NCBI RefSeq assembly: GCF_036370855.1
Contig: NC_088098.1
Coordinates: 199,991,336-200,055,335, forward strand
Direction: 5' to 3'
Length of the DNA stretch: 64,000 nt
From: Dromaius novaehollandiae
Taxonomy: Eukaryota
The notes beneath the pieces were generated by a model. That model had not been told where the DNA came from and did no database searches. It was given only the letters and a program-made list of their open reading frames with translations. Position 1 is the stretch's first letter, and each line of letters opens with the position of its first letter. A program made the position numbers and the translations under genes. This document shows positions 37,060 to 49,250 of the stretch, piece by piece.

Positions 37060-39073
37060 CTGCAAGAAATTTGAAATTATCTTTGAGATCATATGACTCA
37101 GAAAGTGCATTCAAGATCAATCTACTACTAAGAGATAAAGGCTGATTGTAAATCTCAAATTAACATTCAAATTTTTTTTTGCAACTGTTAGAGGAAAAAA
37201 AGGTAACAGAGCATTTACTCAAATCACTAGAGATACTAAAAACCTAGTGACTAAAATCAAGTGCTATTTAGACATTTAGAGATAAACCAAAAATGTTTTT
37301 TCATGCTTAAATTCAGATGAAATTATCTCATTTGACATTTTGGGACCTAAATTCAAAGATGTGACATACAAAACTCCACGCATCTCTATGTGGCTCAGAG
37401 TTTGTTAGCACCTGATTTTTTTTACAGGCAGACTTATCTTGCACTAAAAATTCTGAGAACACTCACATAATGCACTATCTTGGCTGAACTAAACATCTTG
37501 ACATCATAGCTCAAGTTATTTGGAAGTAGTAACTTAGACCTCCCAAATAAAAAATACACCTAAGAGGAGAAAAGTTTGGGTTGCAATCCCACCTTCAACA
37601 AGATGTGTGCATTTTACATACCATAGTTACTGGACTGAGTAGTCACTGGGATTCACGTCCTTCCCTTCTCGTGATTACACTAAGCACCAGAGCCAGATTC
37701 TTTCTCTCTCTTATCTTTATCCTTGCCAGCTGAATGCTCTTCTTAGCTATGCTGTAAAGGCCTGGGTGGGGAACAGCATGCTCACCACTTTCCCTTTGGT
37801 TAAACAGTCTGGCATGTACACAGCCTTGGAACGTACTTCCTCAGGTGACAGACTGTGGACTAAGAACTGAGCTGCTTAACAGTGTCAGTACAGCCATACC
37901 TTAAGAAATACTCTGAAGATGATTTTTAGGGATTCCTGACTGTGACAAGGTAATGTACTTTGGGATTTACAAAGCAATTTAGAAAAGGGCTTATGGATCA
38001 CAATGATTAGATACCAAAAGTAGGTATTAATTGGAAATTAAAAGCATAAATCAAACAGTTATGCTTTTATGGCCCAGTGAACTTCAGTCAGATTTGAGTT
38101 CCTGAGCGCTAAAATAGTATCGGTAACTGGGACTTGCACTTTTCTATATGCTTGAATACTTCACTCAAACTATGTGGCTTCTGTTGTTAAGGACTGTAAG
38201 TATTTTATGTCCTAATTCATGAAGCTGCTATATAAAGGTTTTTTTTTTTTTTAACTGCTTAGACTCTGATCCTTCAATACGTTTCTACTGCACTTGATTT
38301 TTTTTTCCCAAAACAATTGTTTGACAAAAAATAGAATTGCAAATGCAGAGACTGAAAGGGACTAAATATGCTCAAGTTCTTGCAATGTATTTACGCTTTT
38401 TCATCTGCTGTTTAAAAGTAAAGTCAAAACTTTCTGGGAAAAATCCTGTGCTTATTAGTTGGATGACTTATATAGGACACAGAATAGTCTCAAGGCCTAA
38501 GCTACCTAAGATAGGTATCTGCTATGCACAAAGAGTAGTTCGGATAACAGCTAGTTCACAAAAAGCTTATTCAATTGGTTCTATCAAAAAAAGAACCAAA
38601 AGATGGAATTGAATCACAAACTATTGTTCTATTAATTTTAAATGACTTAAGTATAAACAAAATGTCATCAACTGCTCACAACTACTGAACTTTACTGAAG
38701 CCAAACAGAAGCTTTCATGTTCCAAGCACAGTGCTCTTTCCATACTTGACCAATAAACATTTGGGTGCAACTGGTTAGCACCCAGTATTTGCTAGGTAGG
38801 TTTAGGCCCAAGCAAAGGCCCGAGCTGCTTAACCATGTAATTACTCAGTAGGAACAAACCTGAAGTGACTACGTAAGTGTAACTGAAGGCCATATTGTTC
38901 TCTGTATTAACGATCTAGTCATTGATTATTTCATTTCTAGAGCCATTTATCTCATATTCACATCAATCAACGCTGCACTATAACAAAATCTGATAATTCA
39001 GTCCATTTCAGAGCTATATTGTGCACTATCCCTTGAATGGTATAGAACCGTTGTATAACTACTAAACACTCAC

Positions 39074-39234
39074 TTGTGATTGTTTTTTAACAGTTGCTCT
39101 TCAACATTGAGAAATTCATAACTCTCTGCATCAACGGCTTCAATCTTGCACCTTAGAGCCTGGTATTTGGCCAAAGATGATGGGTTTGGGCATGACATAT
39201 TTGTTTCACGTATATTAAGCATGTCTCGGATTAG
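39074..39234 (-). CDS. PARP4: PARP4 coding exon (PARP regulatory/catalytic region)
   Basis: Acceptor ttctag then LIRDMLNIRETNMSCPNPSSLAKYQALRCKIEAVDAESYEFLNVEEQLLKNNH, followed by donor AA|gtgagt. Human has LIRDMVNVCETNLSKPNPPSLAKYRALRCKIEHVEQNTEEFLRVRKEVLQNHH. Confidence 0.8.
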
Positions 39235-41401
39235 CTAGAAAATAATGATAGAAATTACAATTGTTGCATGATTAACACATATGAACAAATGATAAACGTT
39301 AAGTTTTTTCAGTGAATTCTGTTGCAAATGAATACTTGGTAGAATTTTAATTAAGGAAACACTCAGACTGAACACAAAACTCAGACTGAATTATATGAAG
39401 TTACACTGTAACATCACTGAAGTGGAATACGCAAAAGAACATTTCCACTTGTCAGATATAGTAAGGAATACAACCAAAATAGCTATTCCATCCCATGAAA
39501 ACAAATCAGAGAAAAAGGCATATGAGAAATAGTTAAATTGCTTTTGTACAACTACAAATCAAGTTCCGGATGGAGCCTGCTCATAAAAGCTCCACAAATC
39601 AGAATTCATGGTTGACTATCATTTTCATTTTGCTTGCAAGGCAATCCTTACTTATTAGAATCTGTCATATACTGTCACTCGTGCCACTATCTAGTTAGGG
39701 CAATAGAACAAGGCATTCATGTAATTTTCACAGACCAGGAGAAAAGAGGACAGTTAATTTAATAAAATTTTAGTAATTTTAATTTTAATAATATGTTTTA
39801 CTAAGTCATGGGAAAGGTGTACAAGACATAATAATTTCTGTTATCAGGAATATTTCAAGGTTACAGACACTATTAACATTTACTCTTTTATCCCAATAGG
39901 GAGCCTTCCTCCCTTTACCTTTCCCCCTTTTTACTTTGTAACTCACCAAAGACTGACATTTGGATACCTTTTTGTTTTTGCAAAGAATATCTCTAGCAGA
40001 ATCTATGCAATTCATGTTATAATTGTGATAAAAGGAAGAAATTCAAGTTTGTTCTATAGTTAGAAGTGTGATATAGCTGACAGGGCCCTAAGTGTATCTC
40101 ACTTCACCTGAGGGTATAGTTGCTTGGGCTTGGGGCTAGCTTTGATAATGCAGCTGCCACACCTTGAAAAAGCTGTGAGAAGCCCCTGCAGGGGCATGAC
40201 CCATCTTCACTCAGGAGCTGCCTTTAAGCTCAGGCTCTTGTTCTTGGTCTCTGGCTGAGCTATGTTGCAGATATGTCTGCACACGGCCTGGTACCTCCCC
40301 AATTCTGACTCTGATCCTGCAGACTTGACTTTCTGGCTTGACCTTGGACCTGCCAGACAAGACCATAGTGATGAGGTGATCTGGACTGTTGTCTGCCCCT
40401 GGTTACTGCCACAGGCAGTTACTGTCACCTGTTCTACTCTTCTTCGGCACTGTGGGACTGTGCCCTTGCTGGTGAGGTAACTGTCCTGGCCTTTCTCATC
40501 TTCACTCCTGGCTCACTTGCCCTTACAGATCAGCTTGCCCTTGCTGCTCCCCGACAGCCACTGGGTGTGAGGGCTCTGCCTGTGTGCACACTCTGCACAT
40601 GTTGTCACCTACTCCCCAGACAGTCTGAGAATTTCCCAGCTAGTCCCTGTGAAGATGAGACAGAGGACTGATTTGCAACAGAGCAACTGAACTCCTAGCC
40701 AGCTTAAAAATGAACTAATTAACACAGGAGACCTAAGGGGGAGTGGTGGTGGGAGATTTTCCTAGGCAGGTCAGCTGTGCTTACACCAACTGACAAAACA
40801 CTCTTTGTATGTTTAGACATGCTGATTAACTACTTGCACAGAGAATCCAGGCAGTCTGGGAGGCTACCCCCCCCCAACCCCCGCAGTTTGTGCTGTAGAT
40901 GTAGGAACTGACCAAGCTCTACATAGATAGATAATTTCAAACAGCTTATTGAAACTGTTCCTGCATACGTAGTAGAGGTCACACAGAACAGTCTTCTGTA
41001 CACTAATAAAATGGTTAAGATATGATTTGTATTAGTTTAAGTTGATCAATAGAAACTGATTATGTGTACGCTGGAATGGTTACTAAGGCCAGCTGGACTA
41101 TAACAATTCACCAGAAAAACAGTTTTATGCATCTCATTTGATCCAGCTGAAGACGCCATCATTAAAATTGCAAGGGAGACTCCTGTCAGCATCCATACCT
41201 TGACTGGTCTTCCTGTTCAACATGTTCAATTCCCCACCATGAGCGTTACTCTGTGCAAGAGGTCCCAATAAATTAGTTTTTTAAACTAACACTGCCTGCG
41301 ACTGGCTGCACAAAATACCCTGTCAACTTATCTAGTCAGCATGTTTAAAACTTATACAGCACAGTGCAGACCAGGAATTACCAGCAATCTGGAGAAGTTA
41401 C

Positions 41402-41575
41402 CTGACAAAGGTCCTGTTTACTAGATAACAGCTTTTTGGAAACATTATAGTCTGTTTCAGTTTTGTGATGTATAACTTGATAAAATTCCTTTATCATCAC
41501 TTGCAGTGCCACCTTATCTGCTCCCTCATCCAGTGCATTCTTTATCTGGAGTAAAATACCTTCTGCTTTGCTCAC
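41402..41575 (-). CDS. PARP4: PARP4 coding exon (PARP alpha-helical domain)
   Basis: Acceptor ttttatag then VSKAEGILLQIKNALDEGADKVALQVMIKEFYQVIHHKTETDYNVSKKLLSSKQDLCQ, followed by donor CAG|gtaact. Human has VSKAEGILLLVKAALKNGETAEQLQKMMTEFYRLIPHKGTMPKEVNLGLLAKKADLCQ. Length is 174 nt (58 codons). Confidence 0.85.
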
Positions 41576-43585
41576 CTATAAAAGAAGAGATTATTAAACT
41601 GGAAACCATCACAAAATTGCAGAAAAAGCACAAAGAAATAAATATTGAAAATGGATCATTTAATTCCACATTGATATTCCACTTCAACTTTTTGTTAGTG
41701 CAATAGCAACAAAATATTTTCCTATACTAGGATATGAAATTTGAAACTTGGATATTATTCTGCCCTTATACTTGGCTACTTGCAAAGTACCTCAGTAGGG
41801 CTAAGAGCCAGTAAAATAACCTCCAAAAAATAATATGGAATATGAATTAGATTGAAAGATAATGCTCTTTAACTTCTTATTGATTCACATTGTCAGCTCT
41901 AGTGCATTGATGAAATAACCACAGAAATTAGTTTAATATGTTTCTTATGAAATTTCTAAGTGCACTAATTTATCCTAAAACACATAAAGCAGAGCAGAAG
42001 TCCTGTTTATAACATGCAGCCTCCAGATCACATTAAAGTAATGATTCATTAAATACTTTGTCCAGACAGACAGGACATAAATTTCTTTTTATTTGTACAT
42101 TGCCTCTCAGTTGGAAATTTTTCACAGAATACTTGTTATTTGATCTTCTCAGGGCAGGAGGGAAAAGGCAAAGTGGCTTTAATTTACATGAACCATAGGC
42201 AGCAGGCAGTAAAGTGCTGATATTAGAGGCTGCATAACAAAGTCGTACTGCAGTTCCAATACTGACCCAAGGCTGGTCTCTGTCTTGCAAAACCCTTTGG
42301 AAAAAGAATGCAGAGTTAATCTAACTGAACAGGAATTCACTTAATTATTGTGTTTCAAAAATCCGGAGATTTTTTTCTTCCTGGACAAAAGCTATTTCTC
42401 TTAAAATTAATTATTAATGGGAAAAGTTAGTGAAAATGGTTTTATCATATCCTTACAGATATGTGCTTTGGAATACAGAATCTTTTAGGTCTATGATTCA
42501 GCTCTTGCAAAAGCTGTCCATGATTGAACATTATCAAATTTGGTTTGTTCAACTACCTGAAATATGTTAGGAATCTTCATATCCAAACAATTGCACCTCA
42601 TAAAAAGCATTTACTACAAAAAGCATTTTATTTTTGTCCTTGCTGATTTATGAAATGCACTCATTACTATCTCTGAGTACATACATAAAATATTAGTAAT
42701 GTACTACTTACTGGCCAGTGCCTAGGCAAATGTATATTCCACTTCAAAAAGTGAAAGGGATATTCTCCTACCATACATCTACTGCTGAAGAACATCAAAA
42801 CCGAGTTTTATATAATAAGATAAGGGCAAGGACATTCCACAATTGAGGAACTTTTGCTGGCAAAGCTCTTCCAATTTAAAACTAACACATTCTCCAACTA
42901 ACTTTGCTTTCAGTGGTGACAGAGATGAGAAAAAGTGCCTTCTTAAACAGCCAGGCCTTAATCATACGAATAAATGTTAACTTCTCAGGTGTCTAGGGAG
43001 TAAAGCAAAACTACTGAAGTACATGGAAAAGTGTGATTAAATCAACCCTAGAGTTAACATAAGGATGGATAGGCAGTTAGTCTCAATAACAGCTGTAATA
43101 CTCAAAGGCCTTCAAGAGTAGCCATGTGTTAATTACATGTCTCATCTGATAATACAAACGGACTATAATTTGAACTATTTTTGCATTACTAGATAATGCC
43201 TGGCTGAAATATGATCGAAACATATTGGCAGGGGACAATAACCTACTATTTACGCACACTTCTAGCATATAAAAGTAAAGGACTGTTTTCTTATGTGCCT
43301 CAATTTATCTCACAGAAGGGTTCCTCCCCTAAGAATTGTGTAAATTGCTATAAAATGTAAAGGACAACCATCTGCTCTAGGGAGCACTGCATCTTTTCAG
43401 TGTTGTGATTTTCAAAATTTGATATCAAAATTTCTGAAGCATGAATATGCTTAAGTACGGTATTATCAAGTGTAATTCCAATCCCAATATATGAAACAAC
43501 ATATTTGTTTGCTGGGAAAAAAAAGAAACTTCCTTATAGTAGTTTTTATCTATTTGTTCCCACAGAGTAACAAGAATTAACTTAC

Positions 43586-43723
43586 ATCATTGAGGCTTAT
43601 GTTTTTTATTGGTTCAAGCAGTAAACTATCCAGGTGGCCGAGAGCTTCTGCCCAGATCAATTCCACAAAATTGCTAACTTCCTGACATAAAGCACTTGGA
43701 TTTATGGCTTCTTCTAGAAGTAA
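43586..43723 (-). CDS. PARP4: PARP4 coding exon
   Basis: Acceptor ttttactacag then LLLEEAINPSALCQEVSNFVELIWAEALGHLDSLLLEPIKNISLND, followed by donor GAT|gtaagt. Human has LLLEEVMNSSTLSQEVSDLVEMIWAEALGHLEHMLLKPVNRISLND. Confidence 0.8.
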
Positions 43724-45041
43724 CTGTAGTAAAACAAGCACAATTCAGTGGAAAGACAAAGATGCAAATCCCTTAAGTTCTCACACAGATAAAGAAGTTT
43801 TCCTATAAGCAACACAGTATACAATACACATTCAGGCTTAGTATGATTTCTTCAGTCCCATCAACTGAAGGGGAAGATTTGTCTTCTGAGTGGAGAGCAT
43901 GGCAGGCAGGTGGCCATGGCCAGTTGAAAGATGAGATGTAATGTCTTGGTGAAGACAGAAGTTGATTTGCTTGAGGTATCTTTATCAGTACCCTGTAGTA
44001 TCACAGGTACAGACATAGCAGTCTACAGATCTCAACCATTTTCTTTTTTGCACAGCTGGTAATAGAACAGATGGATTCAAATGGCCATTCTTTTGTACCA
44101 TCTGTAACAGATGACTGTTGTATCTGTAGTTCAGAAAGCCCCAGTGGAAAGATACTACTTTTGTGAAAATAAAAATTGAACCAGCAAAGCTATAGGAGAA
44201 TAGAAAGGCCATGAAAATCAGTACAATCCATACATCCAAAAGAGTTGTGAAAACACAGATTTTCTCATGTATATTTGAGGAACACTTAAAGTTGAACACT
44301 TCAGTTTTTTCTCACTGTTATTCAACCCCAGCAACTACCATTAAACTTGATATTTCCAATAGTTATCATACTAGTTTGGACACTCTACATTACTTGTCCA
44401 TATGGCATCAACCACAGGGCTTCTGAGCTCACTAGAGGATGTATATAGGCTGGATATAATCTAGGTGCCAGTTGTGCTCTAAAATGAAAGTTAAACACGG
44501 TAGAAGAGAAGTAGATAGCTTATAGTGAGAAAGGTTTTTCCCATTTACTTTCTGTGACACTACAACCAGTTTAAATAGCAGTAAAATGTCTGAAATATAC
44601 TTCTAGGACCAGAAGTATATTGGTGGGAGTTCTGGTACTGATTTCACTAAGATCTGCATCAAGCCTCTAAAGCCTTGCATACGTGCAAAATAATTATGAC
44701 AGTCCAAGTTACACATGACACAACAGTTCCGGTTGCTATATTAGAACATCACTGTTTAGGCATCACATTCATTTTGATAAGGCACCTACTGAGAATATAT
44801 GCTATGAGAATATATGCTATAACAAAAAATGACTACATATGCTTTTAATGTGGTTACATATGTGCACTCAATGTTCAAGAAAAAAAACAAAACAACCCCC
44901 CCCCGAACATTTACATACAATGTTTCCTTTAACCTATGATTGTATCACTGCAATCCAGACAATGTTTACCACATTCAGAAAGCTGAAAACAAAAATAAAT
45001 AACAAAGGACAAAAAAGCATAAACGTGGAAGTTGTACTAGC

Positions 45042-45191
45042 CTTTTGCAATTTTGTAGAAGCTAAAGATTCTGCTTCGGGTGGAAAAGTTTCTCTTAATA
45101 GGAAATCCTGGCTCTTCAGGTCTGCAATGAAAGTCTCATAGTTTTCTCTTATTTCTTCAGCAGTCTTAGTTATTATGAATTGTTTATTGCT
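45042..45191 (-). CDS. PARP4: PARP4 coding exon with putative GC (non-GT) splice donor
   Basis: Acceptor aattacag then SNKQFIITKTAEEIRENYETFIADLKSQDFLLRETFPPEAESLASTKLQK. Human has RRQFAIKKTSEDASEYFENYIEELKKQGFLLREHFTPEATQLASEQLQA. The only phase-0 junction that joins to the next exon (LLLEE...) is AAG|gctagt. This exon is exactly 50 codons. Confidence 0.6.
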
Positions 45192-45998
45192 CTGTAATTT
45201 AAGAGAGTAAAATTAGTCAGAGAAACTGTACAGGGATGTACAGAGTTAATTCTACAGCCCACTGCTCTAACAGCTGACAAATCCACACTTAACTTCAGGG
45301 TTTTGATTTAACAGGCTTCCAGTAAGGCAGTGCTTTTGTGAGGGTTTGTGGGACAAGAAGAACAAGCACAAGGCTCTACTCACAAACCCCATAGTGACAA
45401 GACAGGTTCTTCTAAATGCATGCTGGAATAAATTATTCTACCAACTGAGCTAGAACTCATAAATAAATGATTCAAATCTATAAATCATGATTTCTTGTCC
45501 AAATTCATCCCCGATTCAGCTCCTTTGACTTGAGCCTAACATTGCTACAATGACACAGACTGGTACTGTGCTATACCAGATTGTACACATAACTCTTATT
45601 TAGAGAAATATGTTCAGGCTGCCCTCAAGAACAGCCTTGCTGTCTGTCAAAAGTATGTCCAGAATATAATTCTCTATAGCATTTTATCCCTTAAGTATGC
45701 CATTATACAGTTTAGATATTACCAGGAACATGTATGTGAATATATGAAGCAGGTACATCCAGAACCATACTGTACTGCTGCCTAGCACTAAACCAGCTCT
45801 TCTGAGAGTGTTGTAAACATACACAGAGGAGTTAACTTTGAATCAAATTTATTATGATAAAGCTAGCAGAATGACTTCCCATTATCTCTATGTAAGAATC
45901 AGACTACAAATAAGAATGAAATGTATCTGGAGCTCTGGGATAGGTGTGTTCAATGTGCATAAAGAAACAAACACCTAATGTCAATGAGTGGCTCATAC

Positions 45999-46112
45999 CT
46001 TGGATCCATTTGATGCACTAAAGTGTGCACACACTCGAAACGGAAACTCACAACGTTCTTTGGAACACTGTAATTCAATAACCACAATATCTTTGCTCTC
46101 CTTGGAGTAAAT
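45999..46112 (-). CDS. PARP4: PARP4 coding exon
   Basis: Acceptor ccattcag then IYSKESKDIVVIELQCSKERCEFPFRVCAHFSASNGSK, followed by donor AAG|gtatga. Human has EGGQEAVVVELQCSRDSRDCPFLISSHFLLDDGMETRR. Confidence 0.7.
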
Positions 46113-46691
46113 CTGAATGGAGAGAGAAACAAAGCCACATCCCCCCGTTTACTGTTTCAGTATGTTGCATTCACATGATGCTGCACCATATATTTCCCCT
46201 CGCTCTACTCATTTTCCATCTGTTTAGAACCACCACACTCTATGACTAGCTATGAAAACAAACAAAATAATTCATTATTTGTATCACAATAATAAGCAGA
46301 AGCTCCTCTCAGGCTTCACTGTACTTATTGCTGTACAATTCCATCTATTTTGGTGTTTTGATAGTTTTCTTTTTAATAAAAATGTTCTAGGCATTAAATG
46401 TAATTTAAATATAACAGCCATGATAACAATATACATTGTCAGAAGCACATATGTATTATTCTACTGCAGTGCTTTGGCTGGAACATGACAGTAAACAGAA
46501 GAGTTTTGTCTGGGTTGAATTATGCTGCACTGAAAGACATAATATTAAAGTACTTTTCAATCCTTCTCTTTGCATTGTGGTACATGGTAACATAAAAGAG
46601 TTCCTGATGCGTATAAAACTGTAAACCTTTTATTCATCTACTGATCCTTCTACATTCTCCCACATTTTCTCACAGTAAGAGAAAGGCTTAC

Positions 46692-46759
46692 TTTTTCAAG
46701 CACATTGTATTTTGCAACTTCAAAATCTTGAGGAAAAAAAGGAATATCTTGATCATCTT
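46692..46759 (-). CDS. PARP4: PARP4 coding exon
   Basis: Acceptor ttttacacag then (K)DDQDIPFFPQDFEVAKYNVLEK, followed by donor AAA|gtaagc. Human has EIPHLPQDFEVAKYNTLEK. Phase 1 in, phase 0 out. Confidence 0.65.
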
Positions 46760-47965
46760 CTGTGTAAAATCTGGAATCAGAGCAATTAGTTTCCTTTCAT
46801 ACTTAAAAACACCCATCACCAGTAAAAACAGTACTGTCATAGGCTGCAGCAGCATACTAAAATATGAACTAATATAAGAAGATTTATATATTTTTCAGCA
46901 ACAAAACAACAAAAAAAGCTTTGAGAAATAAAATCCCACCCAGACAAGCTCCTGACCTGCACTAGTAAGCCAAACCATCTAGTGTGAACCTGAAGATGAA
47001 GACTACGTTTCAATCTTCATCCTCTAGAAAAACTATGGAAGCAACAAAATTAATGGATTTTCATTGCCTGTTTGCACATTAATTTTCTAGCTGCTGCTTC
47101 TAGTTTTGGTCAGCTAGCTGTGCTGTCCTAGGCTAATCCCTCTTTCATTCCTGACTTCATATTAGAATATACACTTGTAGTTATGTCCTTCAGCATTAGG
47201 ACTTTTAAATGAGATAAGTACACCTTCTAGTATATGTATTCCCAGAGAATAATTAAATGCCTATCCTTTCCCTGACAGCAGTCTCTGAAAGCAGAAGTTG
47301 CATTGTATTACTACATTAAAAAAACATACATCAGTGTTGGAGCTCATTTTGTTCCTTTAATTCAATAATAAGTAAGTTATAACAGTACTCTTTCCCTATT
47401 AGGTAAGAGCAGTCTCAATGATCCTCATTTTCAGCTCTCCTAGCAGTTTAGTGGGAGAGATATGTGCTCAGCACTTCTAAAAATAATGAACCAAACTGGC
47501 CTGCAAACAAAAATCTATATGAACAACTAAAAGAAAAAAGACTGTGATCATAAACAATGCTCCAACCATAAATCCAGGAAGCCTGAGCAATGCCTATTGC
47601 CTGCTCAATTGGTAGAAGCTCTGCACATACTAGGGATCTGCCCTGTAGGTGTACACTAATGGAAAAAGGTAAAAACAATTTCCACAGTCAGATTCAAAGG
47701 GAAAATAAATCAGAAGCTGGTATAAACTCATACACACAGAGTACAGAAAATGGAGAAAGGATAACTTTTTCCTCCACTATAGTATTCTTAAGATAATGAA
47801 CCATCTCCATAGGTCACAATTGGACAATTCCACAATTTGGAGACAGATTCCAAAGGGGATTTCTGTTCTTTTACAGAAATATCAACATAGATATATCAAA
47901 ATACACCTTTAATTTTATCTTATTTTACCTGAGAATCCCTGCTTCGGACTCAGTTCTGCTCTTAC

Positions 47966-48052
47966 TTTCTTCAGTAATAATGGGATTTAAGTCATTGTTT
48001 TCATTTTTCTCAGTAGCATTTTTATTCTCAGAAGATGACAGGTCTTCCATAC
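47966..48052 (-). CDS. PARP4: PARP4 coding exon (acidic linker after BRCT)
   Basis: Acceptor gattgcag then (G)MEDLSSSENKNATEKNENNDLNPIITEE. Donor GAAGAAA|gtaaga was chosen because it keeps phase with the flanking exons. An alternative donor 37 nt further on, CTCAG|gtaaaa at 47929, breaks frame. Confidence 0.55.
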
Positions 48053-49054
48053 CTGCAATCAAAATCTTTATTCACTTGGCATAACATCTGGTTTCTTTGA
48101 TTTAACATACGAATAGTTAAAAAAAAAAAAAAAGCCTAACACAGCTACTTAACCTTCAAAAATATTTTACACATTCAAACAAGTCCACAGCTACTGAGGC
48201 CACACTGTATTCAGACATAAAACTGAGCAGGACACGGAGTCAACTGTTGGAGGGTAACTGCCCCAATTGCTTCACTGCTGGAGTGCTTCCTGGAGGTTTG
48301 CTCCTTGCCAAATAATACTTCTGTAAGCAATGCCAGAGCCTATTCCCACCAGGCACTCTGTATGCAGCCACCCTGATTTTTGTGACAGAGAGAGGAGAAA
48401 GAATTTTGGTATGTAGCTGAAACCTGCTCTGTACCACTTGGCCCTAGTGCCAGAGAATAATCCACAGCTAGTTTTTTGTTTTGTACTGCTTTAAAAACAA
48501 CCCCCTCCCCAACTTATCTAGATATGGCCTATGGAGGCAGCTTCACTTTTAGCTTAAAACTGTTTTGGACTGCTAGAAAAAGGAACTAACCAGTTTCAGC
48601 AACGCATGCCCATGGCCTCTATTGTGCAAAAAAAAGTATGTCTATCCAGTGCTGGGTTCCTGATTCTCATTCTTCTGTTTAGTTCAGAAAACTGTACCAA
48701 TTCATGACATGAGCATGTTCATACAATACAGTGTTTTGTGTCAAAAGGAATTACTTTTTAAAATACTTAAAGGAAAGGCTAGCACTCCATGAAACTCAAG
48801 AGACGGCACTCCACTAAGAGATGCAGAAGTCAACAGAAATAAAAAGGACAGTTACTAGAAAAAGACAAGAATTAAAACATGATTAATTTTCGGATGATAA
48901 CTTCTTTTCAGAAAATTTCTTATTTATATCAACTTTGTGGCCAGTATACATGGTTGCTGATTTCTTAAAAGCTAATTCTAAATATTCACCTTCTAAAACA
49001 TTCTTTTCCAAAAGAACTGATATATGAATAAATCATGCCAATACATAAACTTAC

Positions 49055-49250
49055 CATGACTATCTAGCTCTTGGTTAAAAGTGTTGTCTTGTAATTTATT
49101 ATCCTCATAGGCATCAATTTGTAGAAGTTTCCCCCTTTCAACTGATTTCCATACAAAATCTACACATGCAACAGGGAGCTGGTACTTCCGAATAACTTTT
49201 ATATGACGAGAGCTGAGGGCATTAACAGTATCCACAACAACATGTGTACA
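49055..49250 (-). CDS. PARP4: PARP4 coding exon (BRCT domain)
   Basis: Acceptor cttttag then CTHVVVDTVNALSSRHIKVIRKYQLPVACVDFVWKSVERGKLLQIDAYEDNKLQDNTFNQELDSH, followed by donor CATG|gtaagt. Human has CTHIILDNADVLSQYQLNSIQKNHVHIANPDFIWKSIREKRLLDVKNYDP. Confidence 0.8.

Noticed and set aside
47929-47965. Longer version of the PARP4 acidic exon, ending at CTCAG|gtaaaa (47929)
   Set aside because: It ends in phase 2, which is incompatible with the next exon at 46759 that needs phase 1. The internal GAAGAAA|gtaaga donor at 47966 restores frame.
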